Shown here one piece after another: positions 32,400 through 41,771 of a stretch of 41,771 nucleotides of DNA. Origin of the DNA: Perkinsus chesapeaki ATCC PRA-425 (lineage: Eukaryota; Protista; Perkinsozoa). Where the stretch lies: NCBI GenBank assembly GCA_013115145.1, contig JAAPAO010000297.1, positions 1 to 41,771 on the forward strand, given 5' to 3'. Position numbers and translations under genes: made by a program. The notes under the pieces were generated by a model that did not search any database, had not been told where the DNA came from, and saw nothing but the letters and a program-made list of their open reading frames with translations. Each line of letters starts with the position of its first letter. The stretch's first letter is position 1.

Positions 32400-33140
32400 T
32401 ATCTCCGAAGATCTGACGACTGGCTTATCCTCGCTAACATATTTGCCGGTGAGTATTGGTCCCGGAGGCTACAGTTCATCGTGGCTCAGTTGTATTCTTC
32501 GGCATAGCGCAGTACCTCTTCAAGACCGAACGAGCGCGAAAAGGTGATCCAAACTCCCCTGCAGTTTTACGGGAACGAAAGGAAGAGATCAAGGCGGATA
32601 TGCCTGAAGGTGGTGAGCGATTGTATATGTTGTGTAAAGCTGCAGCTGCTGCACTGTGCTCTCTGCTCAGGTATGGTCACCGCGGTGCCGAGTTACTACC
32701 ACGATCTGGGCTCTGCCAGCTTGCCTTGGCGACCTTATGTCTCCAAAAGGGAGCAACATCACCCTCATGGGACGGTCTTCAATTACTTTGATAATCGTGA
32801 GCAGCTGCCTAACGGCACACATGAAGGGCCACAAGAGGGCTCTTCAGCCGTCGATGAGATACTCAACTGCCAATACTGCGACAACTTCACTGTGTAAGTC
32901 AGGTGCTTGTGAGCTATTGTTGAGAGGCGAGTTTTAGGGTCCGTCATTCGACTGGAAGTGGGCAAGCAGAAGGTGGGATATCGGTCTCGACTAGGATACC
33001 TGCAGCACCCGCTCCTTGTGCAACTTGTCCCCATCATCCAGCGCCAGGCAGTACCACAATCACCAGCACCCAGCAGCAGCAACAACGCTCAGGTATCTTC
33101 GCATCAACGGTTATCCGCTTACTGTCAAACTTAGGTGACA
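32400..33140 (+). CDS. Hypothetical multi-exon protein fragment
   Basis: Short exons bounded by GTGAG/GTAAG and CAG join into AQYLFKTERARK / VLRERKEEIKADMPEG / GMVTAVPSYYHDLG...QYCDNFT; ends undefined. Confidence 0.35.
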
Positions 33141-33234
33141 GCAACAGACTGCGTAAGAGACGATCGATGCGTCGTTAAGTTTCTGTTGGGTGGTGTTGAG
33201 TTAGTAAAGAGCAGCAACCGTTCTACTCCAGGGC

Positions 33235-35798
33235 ATGTTCACTCGTTCATTATCGATATGGTCATGTCAATCTGCTTCAATACCGATTCATAGGGCTCTC
33301 CGGGGTCAACCGGTAGGCGAATGGGAAAGACTTCTGAGGGAGTACGTCGAAGGCGGGAATTGGCCCCACACGCTGCGATTGGCGAATACACTGTACAATA
33401 GACGAGATGCCTACTCCACCCCCGATTGGGTCTGGAAACACCTAAGTCAGCGAACAATACAAGATAACACATTAACAATTTCTCAAAGGTTGACTGTTAT
33501 AAAGGATATGATGGAATGTGGAGGCGCAATTGCTGTCCTTTGTGATGATCGGTTGGCTAATTCTGTGATCGATGATAGTGTTGCGAGCCTGCCATCTGAG
33601 CAGCACCGGTGCCTCGTTGCATTCCTGGCCTGTTATGGTCATATCAGCGAGCTCGGACGAGCCATAGAACATTTGAGATTCGAGAATCTGAAAGGTGACT
33701 CTCTGAGGTTGATAGCCCTCCATGTTGAAGCATTCCCATCGGCAGCTGCTCGACTGTATGGTGCTGCCTGGCGAAAATACCAAATGCAAGATCCCAACCG
33801 AACTGAGGGGTTGGTGTTGATGTCGACGACTGAGATTTCTGGCATTGCTCGTATGCTCGTCCATGTCGCCAATACAGCTGGGGCTGTTGAGGGGCAGGGA
33901 CTACAGAAAACCCTTCAAAGGCTTGGAGATAGAATCTATCAGAGGATGTGCGATGGTAAAGTGTCGAAGTCCATGGTAAGCCATGGCATCATCGGTTACC
34001 GACTCCAATGAAACTGTACCACTTGTCACCAATTCGCTGACTGAATACTTGCTATCAGCCTAATAGTATTAGGTGTGTTTGAGTCTATGGTTCAACTGAG
34101 CCAAAAATGGCTCAGTTAGCCTATCCTTTCTATGCTCAACTGCCTATGAGGCCTTATCATTTTGCTATTAGGTTGTTGACATATTAGAGATCTTCAGTGG
34201 CACCTGGCCGGCTCCGATACACGAGAAGGTCCTTCAGCTCGGTTATGCATTATTGCTCGACAACCACGGCCACACAGCCATTGACGGTATGATCCAGTGA
34301 ACTGATGCCATCCAATCTAGAGTCATCAGATTCTGAATGCGCCCGAGTGATGCAGGTGTCGGCTAATGCTGAGTATGCTAATATGGCTCTGAATCGCATC
34401 TTAACGATGAGGTGAAATCCACTTGGCAGTCTCATTCCCCTTGGTAGATCTTCCGTCAGACTATCGTCGGCTTCGACCACACGAGTCGACGATGGTAATG
34501 TTATCTCCCGGAGCGATGACGACGACGGTGAAGATGTTGAAGATACCAGAGCTTCTATCCGTTCATTTCACAGTATTTCCGAGAACTACAACGAAGTTGA
34601 TCCAGAGATAGCTCACAGGCTCAGCTTCAAGGTCACCACCTATCACCGTCAGCCCTCCCCCTCTGATCATCGGCATTAGGCACTCACATCTTCGGTGGCA
34701 TCGGCGGACGACGCCGCTCATATTATTGCATCTCTGGCGAACTACTCCACCCAAAACGAGTGCACTCTGGCCCTACAGTAATCCTGGTATGATGGACTAC
34801 CTGATTGCCGATGGGTTTCAGACGTTTTTGTGACAAGGAGCTCACAACAGAGCGGTTGTGCCAAATGAACATGCCCCAGCTGAGTGCTGTGATGCTAGTG
34901 CTGGCCATGCAGCAACTTTCCAGTGGAAGCCAATGTGACCTGCCTAATCATCGGAAAATCACTCTGTCTTTTCCCAGGCAGCGGTCATTGCTCTTGCACC
35001 AAAGCGGCTGATCGAGTCACCGAGTACGACTACGATCCTCGCGCTGTAAGAGTCGTGGAAAAGTTCTATTCGAGCTACAAGGTGGGGAGCCAAGGGTTTT
35101 GTGAAGCCCTTAGTGATGATTATCAGATCGGGGCTGCTCGAAAAGGTAAGATGGTGAGGGCGCCGATGGTACCGAAGCTCGTATGGCATGAGAAGGACAA
35201 ACGATGGCAGAATGGGAATTATCAAACTCGGTAAAGCTTTGCTGGTGCTCACATAGGAGACTGCAATTCAGCGAATCTGTGGGCTCTGAGCCTTTCGACG
35301 ACGGCGGGACGCTCCGAAAGGAATGCAGTTGCCATCCGCGGTTGAACTCATCGATCGGAGGGACTGCTAATGCAGTAGATTCGGCTATTCGTAGAACTTT
35401 GAGAGTTCTTGCTGTTGGTGAAGTGGTGATGGCCCGATCTATGGGCCAGTTGGATGTTCTTAGAGACTTCAAGGAGGCTGAGGGTGGCAGATACGTACCA
35501 AGTAAGGCGGAATGGTTTAGTGCCCCATGAGGTACGTAGCGATGTCTCAGCTGTTTTCGACGTAGAAGCTTTACCGTTGCCGTTGCCCTCTAAGGATGAC
35601 CTCCTGGAAGTGTACAATCCTCCTACGTTCATTACCAGGACTGATCCGGACCTGCAGGTGAGCCATTCGACGACAAACCTTCCTGACTCGGTACTTCTCA
35701 GACTGTCATCGCAACGCGTCCTCGACCTCCTGCTGCCATCGAGGATTGGATACCGCCGGGCATCCTATCAGAGGCACGAGCAGCTGCTAGTCGAGTAG
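33235..35798 (+). CDS. Hypothetical protein: 258-aa first ORF followed by several probable exons
   Basis: Long ORF beginning MFTRSLSIWS (transit-peptide-like) and predominantly helical in character; downstream same-strand ORFs to 35798 separated by intron-sized gaps. Could be more than one gene. Confidence 0.5.
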
Positions 35799-35926
35799 GA
35801 AATGAATTGAGGGGCGCGCGAAGCGTTCATTCAGGCTGGCGGAGATTTCCCGCCTCCAAGTTGGTCGACTAATCAAAGATCGGTCACATATCATTCATCG
35901 AATGACGTAGTGTCCGGCTTAATGCT

Positions 35927-36379
35927 TTGGGTCAGCTCTGGGGTAAGGGTGGCAGTCTTACTCTTTCTATTGCGTTCTCAGATTCATGGCGGATTGGAGT
36001 CACTTTCCCTCGAAGAGCTGCAAGGAATGAATTGCATTTTATCTCTCTGCGAGGTGCAGATGTAAAATCGAAGGTTGCCAGTCGTATTTATCAGGTTTTC
36101 GTTCACGGCACGGATCCTCCTGAAGTTCGTTCGGATGGCGTGAAGCACCCTCCGAAACGAGCTTTCATAAACTCAGCCAGACCCGATCGGGCGGAGAATG
36201 AAGTCAGTGTCATTAAATTTTCTTATCATCTATCATTTCTCTTTCAGCTCCGATGTACATTAACACGCCTCATGCCAGAACTGGCTCAACTAACGATGTC
36301 ATCATCCTTAGCCATTGACACAGTACATCGTGATGTTCTTCTGGGGCATTTCCGTGTAGCATGTCTGATAGGCATGTAG
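35927..36379 (+). CDS. Possible hypothetical ORF
   Basis: 150-codon ORF only; no motif recognised. Confidence 0.2.
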   Translation: MGQLWGKGGSLTLSIAFSDSWRIGVTFPRRAARNELHFISLRGADVKSKVASRIYQVFVHGTDPPEVRSDGVKHPPKRAFINSARPDRAENEVSVIKFSYHLSFLFQLRCTLTRLMPELAQLTMSSSLAIDTVHRDVLLGHFRVACLIGM

Positions 36380-37576
36380 ACGTTTCAAGAACCGTTTCTG
36401 CTGCTGCAGCTGCTGCTGCTGTGATGACCTTGTGTCAAACAGTAAACGACTTTTCGCTCAATCTGATAGTATAATCTGCTCTGGTAGACATTGATACGAA
36501 ACAATCACGTTAGTAATAAGTAGAGGCGAATCGATCCCAACTGCCGTACTGAAACCTTCACTATGTTCATCAGTCCTACAACTATTAAATTAGCAATTTC
36601 AAGTCTCTACAAGTAAACCTGAGACATGTTACGTGACTAGTCGGTTCCTAACACCAGCTCTTGTAGCCGCGGACGATAATCATGTCGAGAAAATAATGCG
36701 AGGACATGAACGAAGGTAAAACTCATTACGAACATTGTACGGTCATTGTCGAAACATGAAGCTGCGAATTCTATACTGTTAGTTTCATACATTTCTCCAG
36801 AAAAACATCGGCAGATCTTCGGCTGTGTATGCGTGATCCGCGAACAGCGCTGCGTAACGCCTGCGGAGCCGTTCCATTGGAGTAGTGACTACTCGGTAGT
36901 CCAAAAGCAAATGGGCCCGGTTTCAAGTACATAAGTATCGCACCCCCCGTCAGCAGTCATCTATTAGGATTGGTAACAACACGGCGAGGAGGGGACAAAT
37001 AGACCTCTGTTATCTAGAGTGTTCTTCTTTTGCCAAATACTAGTGGGGAAGCTTGCAGACCCAACTGCTACACAATTGGCAATTGCTGAACATGCGTCAG
37101 GCAAACAAGTTGTGATGGTCTCGGTGGTAAGGATAGGCACTGGCTTGAGGATAGGACACGCTCACTACGAGCTCGTGTGAGGGGATCTTCGGCCGAGCAA
37201 GGGACCAGTTAGGGATGCGGAGGACGGAGCTCAAACCAAGCACTCTGGAGGCGTTGCTGAACAACACAAATCCCTAATTGTTATTCTAGCTTGTTATAAA
37301 GCTTAGTAATTGTACACTTACTGAAGTATGTGATTAGAAGGAATTAAACTATTGTTGTTTATTCAAGGTTTCATTCCCATTCATATAATCACTCCTGTGT
37401 AACAATTCATCATTCAGTGATACTATTCCGGAGCGGAAAGGTGGAGTCGAGTTGGCTAGTTCTAGTACACTGCACCAAGCAAAAATGTAGACTGAGAGGA
37501 AGTACTTAGTAAAGAACAAAACGACCCTTCTAGACCGACACGGCTCCCGTAGTGAAAGCGTTAAATATTCTCTCGA

Positions 37577-37999
37577 GTGTGGTTTGAGATATCTGAAACA
37601 GTAACAACTATAATGCAACACCCAACATCTGTTGATCGACCGATCAACACTATTTTTCAGCCGCGTTCTTCCTTAAAGTGCACGAATTATAATTGTTCTA
37701 TTCGGGCATTCCAAGCACACCTGGAATCACCTCCGGAAGTGTATTCCTCGTCAATCGAAAAGTTTTTCAAATGCGGAGTCTCCGTAACGAGTAGCATTTT
37801 ATTTGCCTCTGCCGTGGAGGAGGGGAAAAATATTCTCCTGGACCAAAAGGAAAGATCAATTGCATTGCTTCTTCGAACATCTGGCATTTCTCTATACTTC
37901 CTGCAAGTTCCGAACCCCACCAGACAGTCTCCCACTGGTTTTGAGGGTCGCGGGACTCTGCTCGATTTACAGAAGGGAAGAGTCTTCCCGGAAGACTAA
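37577..37999 (+). CDS. Possible hypothetical ORF or gene relic in a non-coding region
   Basis: 140-codon ORF only; no motif recognised. Confidence 0.2.
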   Translation: MWFEISETVTTIMQHPTSVDRPINTIFQPRSSLKCTNYNCSIRAFQAHLESPPEVYSSSIEKFFKCGVSVTSSILFASAVEEGKNILLDQKERSIALLLRTSGISLYFLQVPNPTRQSPTGFEGRGTLLDLQKGRVFPED

Positions 38000-39622
38000 A
38001 GTGGTCACCAGCGAGCTGTTTGGCAATCAGGTCATGCTGCACAACAAAGAGAGCTACTTTACGTGAGTCATGTAACGTGATGTATCATGCATGAGCCTCA
38101 TTGTGATGTGAAATACTGGCAAGTCATCCCGGGCATGGCGCATGGCGCATGCCCCAACTTTCGCGCAGATTCATGTAATCGTCCTAGGACGCAGGAATTG
38201 TAACTCTTAACACTCTAAGAGAACATTCTCACACATTTAAAGTGCTTCTACAATGCAAATCCAATAAAGGTGATCGAGCCGAGAGCTACATGTAGATTAA
38301 GTTCGGGGCTCGAACTTCGGGCACAAATGCCTCCCGCGGAGCTACGCTCGAGGGTGACGCAGTCCTGCCTATCCCAAGAGATGCATATGCGATATTTAGA
38401 AAACTTCCGTATGCGTATCACGCTCGCGCCGTTTTCTCCCAACCCCTGACCCTTGAAGAACATACCATGGTGCAACCGCGACCACGGTTCCTAGTCGATA
38501 GTGATTCCGTACATCCCCACTTCGTGGAGGTCGTGCTCACCATGAGACTCTCATGATGAGAGGGGGAGTATGTGCGAAGGCCGGCTCTCAGTGAGACTGG
38601 AGTAAGTTGCTTATCGCTCAAATCATGGCTTACCGAAACTTACCGTACATATCATCATGATACTATCATGCCGCATGATCCACGCGGGCAATGCGGCGCG
38701 ATTTTCATGCGCCACGCGCCCGGTGCACTGCGCCGCCAGCTATACAACATATCTCCACAGCTATTCACCCTTGCTAGTGTTATTTTAAGCGTCAAGACGC
38801 TTCATGCTTCGTGCGCTCCCACTTATAATGTTAACTCTCACTTTACGTGTTATCATTTACTTAACGGTCTGTAGTATTATAGTCATTGGTACGAACAAGC
38901 CTCAGATATTGTCCGATCATAGAAGCACTCCTGCTACCCGTGCACTCAACAAACACAGTAATTGCGAGTTCTGCGAATTCTGCTATAACGGTGGAATTGT
39001 TATCTCTTCGGGACCTTGCCTTGCGCAGTATTTGGTATGTACCCGAGGAGGAAGCCTTTGTAAGAAGTGCTGCTAGTACCTTGTCTGATGTATAGACTAG
39101 TCGGACGAATACTATCTCGCAAATACTCTGCTCGGGGTTATTTCACCCCCAAGCATCGGTCTCGTGCACATGGCGTTAAGTTCAGAAAGTTTCAGTCATT
39201 TCTGCCGGGTCTCCTCGCTAATGAGGACCTCTGTATTCATAATCTCTTTTAGTTACCTTATGATCGGAGCACATTGCTCGTGCGTGTTTGGTCGATGCAG
39301 TGCACAAGGGCTCTTTGCTCATTTTTGTCATCGTCATAAGTAATCGATTTTTAGTGTCGCTGACCCAGTTTTGTGAATTCGTGATAAGAATTCCAACTTG
39401 ATCGGCTCATCTTTGGCTTTGCGTTCAGTCCAGAACAGTGAGTCAACAACGTCTGGTCCCGACGCGGGGTTGTGTCGCTGAGAGTTATTTCCATTTATTC
39501 GGGCTATGCCGTGGATTAGACCGGTGCACCCGGAATGTACCCGGAATACGTAACAAAGGCTCAAATCGGGTCACCCAAATAGGAATACTACAAACTAAAA
39601 CCCCATCGTGCTCGGTGACCCC

Positions 39623-41032
39623 GGGAAATTGGGTTAGGCTCATCTGTCTTTGTTATTCTCACCTGTTCTTGGTAATCTCAACATCTCTCGCTATCGAACC
39701 TATTCACCATGAGAGTGCGCGCGCATCTGGTAAACTCGACATATCTTGTTAAACTCAACATATCTTGTTAAGCTCAATGCTACTTGCTGTTTTAAGCTCG
39801 GTACCGCTTATACTAAAACCGCTTAATTTATTTCCTATGCTTCTTGGTAGTGATGCGAGAGAGTGAAATATTATAGACTCCATAATATGGAGGCGGCCTA
39901 GATTTGTGTTTTTTTAACGAGCTTGGTTTTGTACTGTAGTTTTGGCGCAAAGTTTTCGCTCGCGAGTCAGATTGTCAGATCAGCCAGTTTTCTAGTTTTT
40001 AATTTGCCGACCGCGCTCTTAATACTACCAGGGTAGCCGTACTTCTGTGTGGGCTTAACCAGTCACTGGTTACCAGTGCAACGTCCTTCGATAGCGTTGT
40101 TCGGAAGTGTTCAGTTTCAAATATTAGTTAGAGAACTTCACTCACCATCTATCTTTAGCAATCATTTATTCCGACTCAGAACACAGCCACCCTGAATTTT
40201 AGGGCCTGTCAAACATCTCATGAATAGCCTTGTTGCTCCATGTTAAACTTGCATTATGCCCGGCATAATATGCCGGTCGTACGCACTCACAAGGCAAGCC
40301 TGGCCTACGAGTTTATGTTCAGAATTTAAACTTTAGATTACTGTGATGACTGTAGGTGTTTAAAGGTTAATCCTTGAGCTAAATAATTCAACAAGTAATT
40401 GCGAGAACAACGTTCAACAAGCCACGAAACACATTCAGATTCGTAAGGGTGAGTCACCCGAGAAAACCGATGTCAACGATGGACAGCCGAAGCTGCTTTT
40501 TTTCCAGTAAAGCCTGTAGCCAGGCTACAGTAGCCCTGGCAGGAAAGCTCCAGTGAAGCTGCCTCACCTCAGTTCTTCACGAAAGCCCTAGCAAAATCCG
40601 TGAACCTAAGATAAAAACATGTTCCCGCTTAGCGGTTGCCGACTTACAATCACAGCTCCTCTGTCATCGGGTAGCACTGGCGTCCTTAGATGGGTCTCAT
40701 ACTGCCAAGCGTTGCAGAAATTCGTTGACTGCGGAATACAGCGCACTGTCATCGGTTTATGCCACTTGCTATTAACTCGACAATAGTAACTTCGATTTCG
40801 ACGGGCAAGCGAAAGATAAGATTTCGACATTAACACTCTCGTTTAATAATTTAAATATACCCCGGGAGGTGAATGTTTAATACACTTTTTGTTTTTACTC
40901 TTTATGGCCAGATTTCACAAAAATCCCACCACAAGGAGCAGCCAGCACGGGACTCCCAGCGCCACCACCATCAGCGCACCACAGACAGAAGTCGGGGAAA
41001 TTGGGTTAGGGCCTAACCGTTAGGCTCATCTG
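39623..41032 (+). repeat. Short dispersed repeat in two copies (39623-39646 and 40995-41032)
   Basis: GGGAAATTGGGTTAGG-CTCATCTG occurs twice; the second copy has a 14-nt insert GCCTAACCGTTAGG at 41011-41024. Confidence 0.85.
39731..39787. repeat. 19-bp tandem repeat, two good copies and one degenerate copy
   Basis: TAAACTCGACATATCTTGT, TAAACTCAACATATCTTGT, TAAGCTCAATGCTACTTGC. Confidence 0.8.
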
Positions 41033-41584
41033 CGTTTGTCTGACAATTTTTCCACATATTGAAGAATTTCCGTATATTTGATGCATTGTGCAACTTAATT
41101 TGAGCTATCATCGTCGGATATTGTTTTGTCCGTGCGTGCACCTGGACCAGGTCACCTGGCAGTGTTAGGCAGTCTGACTGTCAGTGTCAGACTCTGACAG
41201 GGACACCGAACTGCGTAAGATATCGATTATATAGGCGAGCGCTTTTTACTCTGCGCATCTATATTGATGAACAATTTGCATTTAAATTGAGTTAATCTCG
41301 ATCATTGAATCTGATTCAGATTGCTTTTGTTGCTTTCCTACATGAGGAATCCTCATTGAGGATCGTATGCAGTGAGAGTTTTGCTGCGAAGCTGACTGAG
41401 AAATAGAAGGAAGGTAGTTGTAGGGTCGATATCATATCGACGATATGTGGGGAAATGGTATATTCGAAATGATATGTTATTGTTTCGTTGGGGATTCTAG
41501 CTAGGAATTAGATTGTACATACGCAGTACATCCAACTTCAATGTATTAGGGGCGCGGCGTCCGGGACGCCACTCATTAACGTAT

Positions 41585-41771
41585 CGTTAGATTTCTACGG
41601 AGCGCGGCGCTTCGAGCGCCTAACCTCCCTTGTGGTTGCGTTAGACCTCTACGGAGTGCCTAACCTCCCTTGTGGTTGCGTTAGACCTCTACGGAGTGCC
41701 TAACCTCCCTTGTGGTTGCGTTAGACCTCTACGGAGTGCCTAACCTCCCTTGTGGTTGCGTTAGACCTCTA
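41585..41771. repeat. 40-bp tandem satellite running off the window end
   Basis: Unit GCCTAACCTCCCTTGTGGTTGCGTTAGACCTCTACGGAGT, about 3.8 identical copies from 41618, preceded by a diverged partial unit at 41585-41604. Confidence 0.95.

Noticed and set aside
34094-34117. Perfect 10-bp hairpin AACTGAGCCA-AAAA-TGGCTCAGTT whose reverse strand resembles the dinoflagellate/perkinsid spliced leader
   Set aside because: It lacks the CCGT start and the CAAG end, the resemblance follows from the leader's own self-complementarity, and it overlaps a probable exon (MVQLSQKWL).
38305-38330. GAAGTTCGAGCCCC on the minus strand as a ninth B-box
   Set aside because: It is explained by a local inverted repeat (AAGTTCG...CGAACTT) and has no tRNA-like flanks.
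41618-41771. CRISPR-like or telomeric array
   Set aside because: Units are contiguous and identical with no spacers, the context is eukaryotic, and the 40-bp unit is not a simple telomere motif.

Overview
Eukaryotic genomic DNA, gene-dense, with many 40-65 nt spliceosomal introns, several of them GC-AG. Intron style and the PGK sequence suggest an alveolate protist, most likely a perkinsid such as Perkinsus; this is an inference and no database was searched. Recognisable genes, reconstructed by hand across introns: a single-chain biotin carboxylase-BCCP-carboxyltransferase (550-8941, minus), a fibronectin-III membrane protein gene nested antisense in one of its introns, the 3' end of a paralog of that gene (1-371), an MGRN1/LOG2-type RING E3 ligase, a WCGPC thioredoxin, a large AK9-like adenylate kinase, PGK, an EF-hand membrane protein, tRNA-Arg(CCG), ORC1/CDC6 and several hypothetical genes. 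From about 36.5 kb the DNA is largely non-coding and ends in a 40-bp tandem array. Two signals stand out. (1) Eight tRNA-derived T-arm/B-box remnants lie outside coding sequence, seven of them in introns, and one such intron is bounded by an 8-bp direct repeat containing AG|GT. (2) The last 5 kb carry a dense set of short forward-inverted-forward triplications, including an apparent before/after pair. Exon boundaries and motif counts were made by eye and may be incomplete.
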